From an uncultured candidate division Zixibacteria bacterium (GTDB lineage: Bacteria > Zixibacteria > MSB-5A5 > UBA10806 > 4484-95), in the NCBI GenBank assembly GCA_963668625.2, contig CAXXKA010000008.1, positions 128,001 to 192,000 of the forward strand: a DNA stretch of 64,000 nt. Direction: 5' to 3'. Both the position numbers and the translations under genes were made by a program. Positions within the stretch are counted from its first letter, which is position 1. Each line of letters begins with the position of its first letter. The notes beneath the pieces are model-generated. The model worked only from the letters and a program-made list of their open reading frames with translations, did no database searches and had not been told where the DNA came from. Shown here piece by piece: positions 1 to 10,396 of this stretch.

Positions 1-205
1 GGCTTGTTTGCCGGCAGAATGCGCATTCTACATGATTCAAGAAGGTTTCCAAGCAGCGCTTGGAAACCAGAAAACCAAGCCTAACATCGGCAGGATATGT
101 CAGGATGAATGATACGCTGAATAAAATAATTATATCGGAAAATATTTTTCATTAACAATTCCAAGGAGAAATTTAAAATTTAACGAAAAACACCGGACAC
201 TAGTG
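1..205 (+). mobile_element. MITE family A, copy truncated by the window start
   Basis: Ends in right TIR CCGGACACTAGTG; identical by eye to 48570-48774. Confidence 0.9.
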
Positions 206-237
206 ATATATATTGAACCTTTAGTGAAGGAGTATCT

Positions 238-993
238 ATGCTAATCCTGAGAAAGCCTTTCGCGATCGTATTCTCTTTAGTTATCATGATGGCCGTAACG
301 GCATCCGCAGAAGGGACTATTAAAGTAGAGGGCAAATCCTCGGTGAAATTCGCGCCGGATGAGGTAACGATTACCGTGGTGGTGGAAAATTTCGATGATA
401 ACCTTACAACAGCCAGGCTACAGACCGACAAACAGGTGGCCGGTATTTTAAGTGTAGTGCAGGATTACAACGTAAAACCCGGACACGTACAGACCAGCCA
501 TTTAAACATAAACAAGAGCTATGAAAATTATCAAAAGAAAGATAAAGTCGAGGGTTACCGGATAGCCAAGACTATCTCGATAACTATAACCGATATGTCA
601 CAGTTCGATAAAATCATCACCGATATACTCGGACTTGGAGCCGAGCAGATTTTCAATATGAAATTCAAATCCTCCCGTTTTCATGAATATCGGAAAGAGG
701 CTGTAACACTGGCGGTGCGGTCGGCAAAAGATAAGGCTACGGCGATGATCGCGGAACTGGGTAAAAGCCTGGGCGAACCGGTTAATATAACGGAAAATTA
801 CGCCGAGCTGGTCGATAATAATCCGATGCCATTGAGCTCGAGATACCGTTTTATGGATGATGGCCTTATGATGGGTGGAGCATTCAATGCGGTGTCCAGC
901 CATGGCGAGAATCAATCATATGGAACGGCCAGTATGGCTTCCGGGCAGTTGGTAATTAATGCCTCGGTGACAGTTGAGTTTTTGATAGAGTAA
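238..993 (+). CDS. SIMPL (DUF541/YggE-like) periplasmic protein
   Basis: Signal peptide; 'IKVEGKSSVKFAPDEV', 'AVRSAKDKA...LGEPVNITE', C-terminal 'ASVTVEF'; RBS AAGGAG. Confidence 0.85.
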   Translation: MLILRKPFAIVFSLVIMMAVTASAEGTIKVEGKSSVKFAPDEVTITVVVENFDDNLTTARLQTDKQVAGILSVVQDYNVKPGHVQTSHLNINKSYENYQKKDKVEGYRIAKTISITITDMSQFDKIITDILGLGAEQIFNMKFKSSRFHEYRKEAVTLAVRSAKDKATAMIAELGKSLGEPVNITENYAELVDNNPMPLSSRYRFMDDGLMMGGAFNAVSSHGENQSYGTASMASGQLVINASVTVEFLIE

Positions 994-1019
994 CAGATCA
1001 CTTTAGAACCATACCATCA

Positions 1020-1167
1020 GGGCTTGTTGAGAAGTCCTTATTAAAGACTTGAGGTGGCAGGAATCATTTCCTGCTGCCGGCTATTATGCAGTATGTCGCC
1101 GGGAAAGGATGAACAAAGGACTTCGTCCGCCCAGCGACGCGTGTAAATAGGCTTTTTCAACAACTCC
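1020..1167. mobile_element. MITE family B (148 bp)
   Basis: Imperfect TIR GGGCTTGTTGAGAAG / CTTTTTCAACAACTCC, flanked by ATCA on both sides; homologous to 9136-9283. Confidence 0.75.
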
Positions 1168-1168
1168 A

Positions 1169-2158
1169 TCATGTTCGGTTTTCACGATTAACATTGATTA
1201 TCACTTTACCCCGGGCATGTCCCTCTATGAGATACCCGATAGCCTGTGGCACCTCCGCTAACGAATAGCGTTTGTCTATAACCGGTTTTACTTTGCCGGT
1301 TTCTAAAAGCTCTGCCATGAAATTCAGATCATCCCCGTTAGGATGTTCCACGAACGTTCTCATCCTCTTACCGCCACTGATCGAAAGCAGTGGCGCGAGC
1401 GCTATTGCTTGAAACATCTGGGCTCCGTCGCCACCCGACATGACATATATGCCGTTATCGGTTAAAGCACGCCTGTAGCGCCATAAAGGCTGAAATCCGT
1501 TGACAGCGTAAATGATATCGTAGCGCTGGCCGCTCTCGGTGAAATCAGTTTTAGTATAATCGATCACATGATCCGCGCCGAGTGAACGCGCCATCACTAA
1601 TTTCCCGGTGCTACAAACAGCGGTAGTTTCAGCCCCGAATACTTTAGCGAGTTGCACCGCAAAAGTACCTACTCCCCCCGAGGCGCCGTTTATCAACACT
1701 TTCTGCCCTGGCTTTATACGCGCCTTATCGCGTAGCCCCTGGAGGGCCGTGAGCGCCGCCATCGGTACGGCAGCCGCCTCCTCGAAAGTGATACCGGCAG
1801 GTTTCAATGCCAGTAATTTCTCGCTGGTACAAGCGTACTCGGCAAATCCCCCGATTCCGCGAATGGAGGTATCTCCGAAAACCTCATCCCCCGGCTTGAA
1901 TTTCGTGACCTTTGCTCCAACCGATTCGACCCGACCGGCTATATCGGCTCCCAGTATTTGATACTTGGGCTTGAACAAGCCAAATCCGCTGAGACGAACG
2001 AGAAACGGATCGGCTTTTAACACATGCCAATCGAACGCGTTTACCGAGGCCGCTTGAACTTTCACCAGTATCTCATCAGCTCTAGGAGTTGGCCTTACTC
2101 TCTCCTCAAGCCTGAGCACATCCGGCGAACCGTATTTATGATAGACAATTGCTTTCAT
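1169..2158 (-). CDS. NAD(P)-dependent MDR-family oxidoreductase (quinone oxidoreductase-like)
   Basis: 'MKAIVYHKYGSPDVL', 'VLINGASGGVGTFAVQLAK', 'GHARGKVII'. Confidence 0.9.
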   Translation of the reverse strand: MKAIVYHKYGSPDVLRLEERVRPTPRADEILVKVQAASVNAFDWHVLKADPFLVRLSGFGLFKPKYQILGADIAGRVESVGAKVTKFKPGDEVFGDTSIRGIGGFAEYACTSEKLLALKPAGITFEEAAAVPMAALTALQGLRDKARIKPGQKVLINGASGGVGTFAVQLAKVFGAETTAVCSTGKLVMARSLGADHVIDYTKTDFTESGQRYDIIYAVNGFQPLWRYRRALTDNGIYVMSGGDGAQMFQAIALAPLLSISGGKRMRTFVEHPNGDDLNFMAELLETGKVKPVIDKRYSLAEVPQAIGYLIEGHARGKVIINVNRENRT

Positions 2159-2180
2159 GATCTTATTCTACCTTTTATTA

Positions 2181-2193
2181 AGTAATACTTACT
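2181..2193. promoter_or_regulatory. Palindrome AGTAA-TAC-TTACT, candidate Fur/PerR-family operator
   Basis: Perfect 5-3-5 inverted repeat ~23 bp upstream of the MDR start; resembles the box at 11463-11481. Confidence 0.35.
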
Positions 2194-2621
2194 GTTTCAT
2201 TACTCATATTTACCCCGGATAAGTTCCTGTGTAAGCCATATTTGGCATGGTAAATAATACTATGCAAATAGTACATATTCGTCAAACAAACGAAGTTATT
2301 TATTTATCTTTTCTTGACGAAATACTGCATGAATATATCAGGCAGGAAAGGATTCCTTCCTGCTCAGTGAATTACTATTATCCGGCCATTCTTTCTCGTT
2401 GCGAAGCGCCGCTTCGCAACGTGGCTGGCATGCCGGTAAAAGACGCATGTTACATGACTCAAGAAGGTTTCCAAGCAGCGCGTGGAAAGCATGAGAAATT
2501 AAGCGTTGGCGCGGTGGCAGGAAAGTAACTATGTTATCAAAAGCTTGAGCCTCAGTCATTCGGATTGTATTGTTATTTTGACAAACATTCAACAATCAAC
2601 ACGAACAAACAGGAGGCTCAA

Positions 2622-3680
2622 ATGCCATGTTACAACAAAATCGAGCGTGAAGCCAACACTATTTACGTTGGTATTGACGTTCATAAGCGGAGTTGGCATG
2701 TAACAATGCGAACAACTGAGCAAGAGTTATGGAAAGGCAGTATTGCAGCTGATTGGGAAGTATTGAAAAAAGTATTGGGGCGTTATTCCGATTGTGACAT
2801 TTCGGTAGTTTACGAAGCCGGTTTTAGTGGTTTCTGGTTATATGACAAACTGGTAGCCTGGGGAGCGTCATGTATAGTGACTCCGCCGAGTTTGATTCCT
2901 TCTGAATACGGCAATCGGGTCAAAACTGATCGCCTCGACAGTGCCAAGCTTGCTTTACTACTTTCCCGTAGTATGCTCAAGGCAGTATGGGTACCTGATG
3001 TCGAAGCGCGTGGTCATCGCCAGGTATTGCGTCGCCGTCGCCAGTTGGTCAGCGACCGGGTCCGTATTCAATGCCGTATCAAGAGTGAGTTAGCCTGTTT
3101 CGGTCTATCTCTGCCGACAATTAGCGGCAAGTGGACGGAGACATTCGAACAGCATTTATGGCAGTTGCGTTTTAGTGATCGCTGGCAGACAGAGAGTTTT
3201 CAGAGGTTACTGACACAGTATCGGCTGGTGAGTGAATTGATTACTCAACAGACACGGTTATTGAAAGAATTGTCAAAACTGGATCGTTATCGGGAAGCGG
3301 TTGAGCGTCTACGTAGTGTTCCGGGCATCGGCTTGTTAACGGCGATGGAACTATTATTGGAGTTAGGGGACTTCAGCCGATTTAGTCGAGGAAGCCAATT
3401 GGCCGCCTACGTGGGCTTGACTCCAAGCCAATATTCCTCCGGTGACAAGGTTCGACTAGGACGAATCACCAGGATCGGCAAACCGCAGTTACGGTCGAAT
3501 CTGATCGAAGCCTCCTGGATTTTGATCAGGAAGGATCCGGCCCAGGCTCAGCGTTATCAACAGCTCAAGTGGCGGTGTGGTTCCAAACGAGCCATTGTGG
3601 CCAGTGCCCGCCGTCTACTGTTAATCGTACGGCGTCTGATGCTTGACCATCAGAGCTATCGAATCCAAACCGCAGCATAA
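2622..3680 (+). CDS. IS110 family transposase/recombinase
   Basis: DEDD RuvC-like motifs 'YVGIDVHKRSW', 'YEAG', 'KTDRLDS'; Tnp20-type motifs 'SVPGIGLLTA', 'YSSGDK..GRITRIG'; RBS AGGAGG before ATG 2622. Confidence 0.95.
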   Translation: MPCYNKIEREANTIYVGIDVHKRSWHVTMRTTEQELWKGSIAADWEVLKKVLGRYSDCDISVVYEAGFSGFWLYDKLVAWGASCIVTPPSLIPSEYGNRVKTDRLDSAKLALLLSRSMLKAVWVPDVEARGHRQVLRRRRQLVSDRVRIQCRIKSELACFGLSLPTISGKWTETFEQHLWQLRFSDRWQTESFQRLLTQYRLVSELITQQTRLLKELSKLDRYREAVERLRSVPGIGLLTAMELLLELGDFSRFSRGSQLAAYVGLTPSQYSSGDKVRLGRITRIGKPQLRSNLIEASWILIRKDPAQAQRYQQLKWRCGSKRAIVASARRLLLIVRRLMLDHQSYRIQTAA

Positions 3681-3699
3681 AAAAGAGATAATTAGTTTA

Positions 3700-3900
3700 C
3701 AATATCTGAGTTTGGAGAATGGCGAAGGAATCCTTGTGGCTTAACAACAGACCGCGCAGGAAAGGGTGTCATCTCCCCTGGTAATAATCTCGGATTGATT
3801 AATTGTGGCTGTGTTTGAGGGCCAGACCACGAATAGCAGGGTGACTATTATCGGCAATGTCTAACAGTGGCAGCATGTTGTAGTTTAAACATGGGTATTC
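3700..3900 (+). ncRNA. Candidate bridge/seek RNA of the IS110 element (boundaries approximate)
   Basis: 3' NCR contains AGGAATCCT (3726-3734), GCAG (3756-3759), ATAGCAGG (3833-3840) and GTGGCAG (3867-3873), matching the target and donor around a CT core. Confidence 0.55.
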
Positions 3901-4102
3901 TGCGTTTTATTAAGAAAAGGAGAAATCGATATAACAATACTAACCGAACAATATCACTTGACATGATACATAGCAGGATTTTTGCCACCACAGAGTTTTT
4001 TTCAACATTCGCAACGAGAAGATTAAGTCCGGGCACGAGTGAAAACATGATGAATATAGTATGGATCGAGGATTTAGAAATACAGTCAATTCGAATACGA
4101 TT

Positions 4103-4942
4103 CTAAGATAGCGACAGCACTCTAATCAGATTTTCGCAACCGCCGTTAGCGATATATTCCGAATGTTCGTTTATAGAATTAAAACTGCGTCCGCATATCT
4201 CGCGACACAATATTTTTTGGTTGGTTTCATCATAAAACGCTTTTAAAATATTCTCCGCTTCCTGATTCCGAATTGCGGACTTATCATTTCCCTGCTCTCT
4301 GTACAGGCCAAGAGTTTTTAACCATAAAGTTGCCGCCAGTGCGCCGCACCCGTTACCACTCAAGCCCATGCCTCCGGCAAATCCGGAAACCATGGTTCTC
4401 TCCTCATCACTGGCTCCCATCTTCGTAGCAATCTCGGAGGCGCAGCTTACGGGCGGCTGAGATAAATTATCAGGTATACTTGATAAGCCCTCATAGGCGG
4501 CCTCGATTGCCTCCGGGGCCCATTTCTCGGACAGGTTGGAACAGTTACGGAATTTGCCGGTTATGAAATATTTTACGATACTGAGCTTACTCGACCAATT
4601 ACAGCCAGTGATATCAAGACAATCGGAGCTGCTTGTTCTTTGCACGAATGATTTCATGAGATTTTGAGTGGCTGCTATGGCGACAGCAATCGCCTGTCCG
4701 CGATTATCGTACCTTCGATAAGCCTCCGCTCCCACGGCCAGACTCGTACCCCAGAGCATCCCGCACTGATATCCTTTCTTCATGATTCCTCCGGCAAGCG
4801 AATCTGCGGCATGTTCCTCCTCCTCTTTTGGATAGCCGAATTCGCGGTTGAGTATGTAAAAGAAAGTGCGCGAGCAGGTACCTAATTTCTTGAATGTTTT
4901 TTTTACGTCTAGAAGTGCAGTCGTTGAATCGTTTTTACTCAA
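4103..4942 (-). CDS. C-GCAxxG-C-C family putative redox protein (two tandem domains)
   Basis: 'CS...GG...GYQCGMLWG...C' and 'CA...GFAGGMGLSGNGCGAL...LCREI...C'. Confidence 0.8.
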   Translation of the reverse strand: MSKNDSTTALLDVKKTFKKLGTCSRTFFYILNREFGYPKEEEEHAADSLAGGIMKKGYQCGMLWGTSLAVGAEAYRRYDNRGQAIAVAIAATQNLMKSFVQRTSSSDCLDITGCNWSSKLSIVKYFITGKFRNCSNLSEKWAPEAIEAAYEGLSSIPDNLSQPPVSCASEIATKMGASDEERTMVSGFAGGMGLSGNGCGALAATLWLKTLGLYREQGNDKSAIRNQEAENILKAFYDETNQKILCREICGRSFNSINEHSEYIANGGCENLIRVLSLS

Positions 4943-5046
4943 TTGTGCCGCCTTAATATTAGTTTATTTTGGGTTTTAATCACATATCGATTAAACATTC
5001 GATACGATTATAAGTTCCTTGTCTGTAATTATCAACATAATTGTTT

Positions 5047-5530
5047 TTAACCGGCATCCCTCATATTCAAACATTCAAGCCAACCGATATCGAACCTTTT
5101 CGATATCCTGATCGCCTTTGTCGGGCATGCGTTTATGCAGGTATTGCAGAGTATACATCCCGAGGACAGAACTTGTTTGTTGATTTTGGCGTATTCCAAC
5201 AAGCGGATATCCATCGAACACTTTTTCTCGCATAATCCGCAGTTGTTGCATTTATCGAGATCAATCTGTTGTTTCATCATCGATGATCAGCCGGTAATTT
5301 TCTGCGTAACAGGTATCGGGCAGAGGTATTTGCAGAATGCTCCGTTATCTTTAAAAACAATCGCCAGTACTATAGCCGAGATATAATAAAACGCATTACC
5401 AATTTGTAGCCAGGCCGATTCATCCTCGTGATGTTGTTATGTGCCGTAATCATATATGTATAGAAGTGTTGCTATAATTGTTACAACGATCGCGAAATGA
5501 ACGTATCTTATCAATCCGAAATAGGGTCAT
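5047..5530 (-). pseudogene. Degraded membrane 4Fe-4S binding protein (NapH/MauN-like)
   Basis: Two ferredoxin motifs CNNCGLCEKKC and CILCNTCINACP; upstream in-frame 'DNGAFCKYLCPIP' is separated by a TGA stop; N-terminus missing; 5' boundary approximate. Confidence 0.7.
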
Positions 5531-5822
5531 AATGCAAATTCCGGGAGTTATAGTAAACAGCTTATTTTTAGATTTAACCTGTAGCTCGTTAATTCGATTT
5601 TAAGACAAATAACAACATTAACATGTTAGTATACGATACGACATATCATTAAAAAGGTTTTAGCAAATAATTCGGTGATGATCAAACTTTTAGCATCTGC
5701 TAGTATCGCTTGGATTGAAACATGCTTTTTGGTTTACATTATAGTAATGTTTATATTAATTACTCTATCATGGAAGCTAATGATAATTGAGTTACGGAGA
5801 AATACGAAATCGAGGGATTCCA

Positions 5823-6638
5823 ATGAGTGTGACTAATCCATACATAAACCAGTTGATCGTGTTCAACCCGCTTATTAAACCGATCATCGAAAAAGCGATT
5901 AAGGCTCTGGATCTTCCCCAGGGCAGCCATGGGCTTGATGCCGGCTGCGGAGCTGGTTTGCATACGGTGTTGTTTTCAAACGCTGTCGGTAATTCTGGTC
6001 GTATAACCGGTCTGGATATATCTCCCGAGTTCATAGCATTTGCCGAAGATTATATAAAAGATCGCGGTCTTTCACGGAAAATATCGTTCAAAGTTGGGGA
6101 TGTTGCCAATCCACCATTTGAAAACGATACATTCGACTGGGTTTGGAGTTCCGACTGCGTGGGCTACGCGCCCTCCATTGAACCATCAAGGACGCTGGCG
6201 GAATTAGTACGGGTAACTAAGCCGGGCGGCGTCATCGCATTATTCGCCTGGTCATCGGAGATGTTACTGCCGGGCTATCCGAGACTCGAGGCCAGGTTGA
6301 AAGCCACAACCTCCGGTATCGCCCCTTTTACCGATGGTATGTCCCCGGACAGGCATTTCTCTCGCGCTATTGGCTGGTTTTCAGAACTCGGATTAAGGGA
6401 TATTAAAGCTCGGTCTTTCATTTATGATTTCTCGGCGCCCCTCGGTGACGATATTCGGAAAGCCCTGGTATCGCTTTTCGAGATGCGTTGGGCCGGCGGG
6501 GAAAAAGAGCTTTCGGAAAAGGACAAGCAAGAATACCAACGCCTGTGCTTACCGAACTCACCCGACTTGATCTTGAACGATCCTCATTATTACGGTTATT
6601 GTATCTGCACGATGTTTACCGGTATTGCGCCCCGGTAA
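5823..6638 (+). CDS. Class I SAM-dependent methyltransferase (UbiE-like)
   Basis: 'LDAGCGAG', 'GLDIS', 'FENDTFDWV', 'RVTKPGG'. Confidence 0.9.
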   Translation: MSVTNPYINQLIVFNPLIKPIIEKAIKALDLPQGSHGLDAGCGAGLHTVLFSNAVGNSGRITGLDISPEFIAFAEDYIKDRGLSRKISFKVGDVANPPFENDTFDWVWSSDCVGYAPSIEPSRTLAELVRVTKPGGVIALFAWSSEMLLPGYPRLEARLKATTSGIAPFTDGMSPDRHFSRAIGWFSELGLRDIKARSFIYDFSAPLGDDIRKALVSLFEMRWAGGEKELSEKDKQEYQRLCLPNSPDLILNDPHYYGYCICTMFTGIAPR

Positions 6639-6792
6639 TATTTAAAGATTTGCTCGTTCTATATAATAAATCATCTTTACGATTATATTTACCAATAAGT
6701 TAATATCAACGGATTTTGAAACATCACTTTTTTATTCACCTAAACGCTTGCCCTGCCGATAATTAGATTAAACGAATTCGCAAGAGGAGAGA

Positions 6793-7092
6793 ATGGAACA
6801 CAAACTTATAGATTCCGGCTGGAGTTCACCGGAGGAGCTGCGCGATCTTATCAAAGGCCAGGAGCCGGAGGGCTGGAGCGTGGCGGCTATCGGGGATTTA
6901 TTCGGCGAGGACATCATGGTTATGGTTCGGTTCAATGAGACACCATCCAACCATGAGGTTATCCCGGTGGATGTCAGTTCGATGCCTGAACTGAAACTGG
7001 TGATCGCCGAGAAAATAGCCGAGGGGTACGAATTCTGTGCTATCGGCGAATGTTCCGGTAAGCCGATTATTGTTGCCAAGAAAAAAGAATGA
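6793..7092 (+). CDS. Hypothetical protein (two short internal repeats)
   Basis: RBS GAGGAG; 'EGWSVAAIG' / 'EGYEFCAIG' repeat. Confidence 0.65.
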   Translation: MEHKLIDSGWSSPEELRDLIKGQEPEGWSVAAIGDLFGEDIMVMVRFNETPSNHEVIPVDVSSMPELKLVIAEKIAEGYEFCAIGECSGKPIIVAKKKE

Positions 7093-7219
7093 CGGTATAA
7101 TAATATCGGATTTCGCTGATACAAACCCGCATCACAAGCTGCCTTATATTTTTTAAATAACTGCTTTATAATTTATGTTGTGTTAATATTATCGGTAACC
7201 TTTGACGAGGAGTAGTGAG

Positions 7220-7822
7220 ATGCGAAAGTTTTATCAAAACAGGAACGTCATATTATGGTCGGCTGTATGCGCGTGTGTCGCTTTAAGCCTGGTATTATCA
7301 AGCTGCCAGAACGAGGAAACATCCCCGGAGAAACTGGTAAAAAGCCGATATGACACCAGCCCATCCAAATCGCAGGAGATAGAATATAACATGACCGATA
7401 CTCAGTGCGGTATCGAGATCGATTCGATCAGCGATTGCCTGAATATGGGAATTGAAGCTGATATTATCGATATACCTTTCAATCTCGATTGTATCAAATG
7501 GGGATACACCAGTGATAAAAAGCTTCACTTTCATCACGCGAACGCCGGATTCAACTGCTGTCCAGAGTTGGATAAAACAATCGAGATACACGCCGATACG
7601 ATTGTGATTACGGAGATCGAACTGAGCGGCGATTGCGACTGCCTGTGCTTATTCGATTTATACTATACTATATCAAACCTGAGAGTCGGCGTGTATCATA
7701 TCAAGGTGATCGAACCCTATGTAGAGGAGAGAGATGAGCCGCTGGAATTTACGATCGACCTGAGGCATAATAACGATGGTGATTTCTGTCTCGAGCGAGA
7801 ATATTATCCGTGGGGAGAATGA
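7220..7822 (+). CDS. Cys-rich lipoprotein, hypothetical
   Basis: Lipobox-like LSSC; 'FNCC', 'CDCLC' motifs. Confidence 0.7.
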   Translation: MRKFYQNRNVILWSAVCACVALSLVLSSCQNEETSPEKLVKSRYDTSPSKSQEIEYNMTDTQCGIEIDSISDCLNMGIEADIIDIPFNLDCIKWGYTSDKKLHFHHANAGFNCCPELDKTIEIHADTIVITEIELSGDCDCLCLFDLYYTISNLRVGVYHIKVIEPYVEERDEPLEFTIDLRHNNDGDFCLEREYYPWGE

Positions 7823-7961
7823 ATTATTAAAGCTGAAACGCAGGTTATGTAGAATAATCGTTCTCTAAGCTTAATTAAGCCTCCATATTAAATTTCAGGC
7901 GAAATAAGCCGAAAACTATTTTAGTAGGATTAATAGGGTATACCTTTAAATTGGGGAAATA

Positions 7962-8384
7962 ATGACAGTCCACGCGATTTCGGCAAAATACTATGAACTT
8001 CTGGTTAAGGTTTATCAAAATATCAACAACGATAGCATCAAATGGACTCAGGCCACGAATGCCGACTATTTTACGGCTGAGTTAAATTATCGTTTTAAGA
8101 TAAGGATTTACAAGACTATCGGCAACCTCACGCAGAGGTACATATTTAAAATGTTCGATGACGGCGGACTTAAGGTTTTCGAGGTATCCTCGGATAAAAA
8201 CGGCCGTGATGAGGTGGATGTCGAAGGCGAGAAAGTCAGGGTAACGGATATTCTCGAGGAAATTTACGAATGGGCCAGGGCATTTTCGCTCGATATTATA
8301 GAGAAGGTCGATAAAGCCAGCCAGTTGCTTGATGATATGGCGCGGGATATCGAGGCGACTAAAAACGTGCCCCCGTTCAAATAA
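7962..8384 (+). CDS. Hypothetical protein
   Basis: 140-aa ORF with purine-rich RBS and plausible composition. Confidence 0.65.
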   Translation: MTVHAISAKYYELLVKVYQNINNDSIKWTQATNADYFTAELNYRFKIRIYKTIGNLTQRYIFKMFDDGGLKVFEVSSDKNGRDEVDVEGEKVRVTDILEEIYEWARAFSLDIIEKVDKASQLLDDMARDIEATKNVPPFK

Positions 8385-8480
8385 GATATTTCGTTTAATC
8401 AATTGCTTTTTTATCTCTATATCTTAATATTATATACCTGTTGATAATTGATTTACTCTATCATTAACCGCGAGGATGTG

Positions 8481-8945
8481 ATGATTTCAAAATTAGTTGG
8501 ATTTTTTTCGGATAAGATAGATTTGCAAAAAGACCAGACACCGGCAAACGAGAAGAGTTCGATACGGATCGCAACCTGCGCCCTGCTAATCGAGATGGCC
8601 TCCATCGATGAGGAATTCGACGATGTCGAACGTAAACGTATAGTCGATTATTTCAAGAGCGAATACGGCCTCCCGGATAGCGATATCGAGGAGTTGTTTG
8701 ATTTATCACGCAAGCAGTTGGATAGCAGTATCGATCTCTGGGGATTTACGAACCTGATAAATAAACATTACGATAAGGACCAGAAAATCAAGGTAATCGA
8801 GATGATCTGGGAGGTGGTTTACGCCGATGGCAAGCTTTCGGCGCATGAGGACTACCTGGTGCATAAATTTTATAAGATGCTGAATCTGGCTCACGGCGAT
8901 ATGATAGACGCCAAAATGAGAGTATTGGAGAGATCTAAGAAATAG
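8481..8945 (+). CDS. TerB family protein
   Basis: 'ATCALLIEMASID..F...E', 'WEVVYADGKLSAHEDYL'. Confidence 0.85.
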   Translation: MISKLVGFFSDKIDLQKDQTPANEKSSIRIATCALLIEMASIDEEFDDVERKRIVDYFKSEYGLPDSDIEELFDLSRKQLDSSIDLWGFTNLINKHYDKDQKIKVIEMIWEVVYADGKLSAHEDYLVHKFYKMLNLAHGDMIDAKMRVLERSKK

Positions 8946-9135
8946 TATTCGCGCCCGAGCCGCCGCTGTCATCTTTCTTTAGGATCGTAAAAAGGGTGTA
9001 CTGGTTACAAAACTCCGATTTTATAACCCACCGTTTTCTAAAAACTTTATTCTGTCTCCCCTATATATAAGATAACTAAAGAGAAATAGAGTTAAGTGTT
9101 ATAAAAAGAAAGGGCCGTACCGGATTACCTCCTCC

Positions 9136-9283
9136 GGGGTTGTTGAAAAAGTCCTTGTTGGATGACGGTGGTGTCAGGAATCCATTCCTGACACCTGATT
9201 TCATGCGGCATGTCGCCGGGAAAGGATGAACAAAAGACTTCGTCCGCCCAGCGACACATGAAAAAGGCTTTTTCAACAACCCT
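9136..9283. mobile_element. MITE family B (148 bp)
   Basis: Perfect 15-bp TIR GGGTTGTTGAAAAAG (9137-9151) / CTTTTTCAACAACCC (9268-9282); near-TSD CTCC/CTCG. Confidence 0.8.
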
Positions 9284-9474
9284 CTCGAGGCAAGGGCAGA
9301 TATACGATAGTGCCACTATTGAGAGAATCAGTCGTCGCTGTGGATAATATAATTTACTGCAAATGTTTCGCTTTAAACGTACACACCGGCTAAACCGATG
9401 GTTTTTGAGACCAAATAAAAAAGCGGGATATGTGCTCCCGCCTTTCTTGAGGTATCTTTTATCCTTATGGATAT

Positions 9475-9750
9475 TTATTTCATCAACATCATTCTGCCGG
9501 TGAGGATGGCGTTGAGATATCTATAATCTGCAAGCCGGTGTCATAGACAGCCACGTAGGCATAACTGCCGGAGATCTCGATATCGTATGGATAAGAATCT
9601 AGAGCGATACTGCCAACCTGTGATGGACTGGAGGGATTTGATATATCGACAATATCCAATGTCTGGTCATGATTGGTAATATAAGCATACGAACCAGAAA
9701 CAGTTATACTCGTAGGATTGACAATGGTGTAATACTTACCAGCCTGAATC
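9475..9750 (-). pseudogene. Remnant of an LVIVD-repeat secreted protein
   Basis: Manual translation gives 'VSGSYAYITNHDQTLDIVDISNPSSP...ISGSYAYVAVYDTGLQIIDIS'; 'GRMMLMK*' follows in another frame; no start codon. Confidence 0.7.
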
Positions 9751-9857
9751 AGTGTATTTCGCTAATATATAGAACCAGGATTTGGATGTATAAAATAGTA
9801 AAACCCGAAAAGGCCAAATTACCTCTCCGGGTTATCAACTAACGGAAAATTTTAATC

Positions 9858-10370
9858 CTAGAGCAGCTCTTTAACTTTCGCCAGTACCTCATCGTAATCC
9901 GGTTCCGAGGCTGTCTCCTTCACGTACTGGATATAAGCCACCTTGCCGGCCTTGTCTATCGCGAAAATCGTGCGGGCCAGAAGGTGAAGCTCTTTAATCA
10001 ATACTCCATAGGATTCGGCTAACGAGCGGTCTTTGTAATCGGAGGCTAAATGTATGTTTTTAACATCCTCCTCCTCCGACCAGCGTTTTTGGGCGAACGG
10101 CAAATCCATGCTGACAGTCAGGAACTCGACACCATCGAGCTTTTTGGCCTCATCATTGAAATGCTTGGTTTCGATCGAGCAAATCTGGGTGTCCAGCGAG
10201 GGCACTGTCGAGAGCACAACAACCTTACCTTTGTAGTCGGATAATTTCACCGGCTGCAGGTTAACATCTAGTGTCTCGAAGTCAGGGGCCATATCGCCGA
10301 CCTTGATCTCGGTACCGATCAGGGTAAGCGGTTTGCCTTTCATTTCGATTATTCCGGTTCTTTCGGCCAT
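9858..10370 (-). CDS. tpx: Thiol peroxidase (Tpx-type peroxiredoxin)
   Basis: 'VPSLDTQICSIET', 'SMDLPFAQKRW'. Confidence 0.9.
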   Translation of the reverse strand: MAERTGIIEMKGKPLTLIGTEIKVGDMAPDFETLDVNLQPVKLSDYKGKVVVLSTVPSLDTQICSIETKHFNDEAKKLDGVEFLTVSMDLPFAQKRWSEEEDVKNIHLASDYKDRSLAESYGVLIKELHLLARTIFAIDKAGKVAYIQYVKETASEPDYDEVLAKVKELL

Positions 10371-10396
10371 GATAATTTACACCTTTCGTGCTTACG

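Larger units (their letters stand above)
2523..3978 (+). mobile_element. IS110-family (IS1111-type) insertion sequence
   Basis: Sub-terminal IRs CTATGTTATCA (2529-2539) / TGATACATAG (3964-3973); GCAGGA at both junctions (2517-2522, 3973-3978); outward TTGACA at 3958-3963; long 3' NCR. Confidence 0.85.
2373..4041 (+). mobile_element. Degenerate MITE-A-related element interrupted by IS110
   Basis: 2373-~2500 matches the MITE-A left part; 4008-4041 is an inverted copy of the MITE-A left end (CCGGGCACGAGTG); no TSD seen. Confidence 0.6.

Noticed and set aside
5284-5292. In-frame TGA as selenocysteine in the 4Fe-4S gene
   Set aside because: Not at a Cys-motif position, and the gene is otherwise truncated; a nonsense mutation is simpler.
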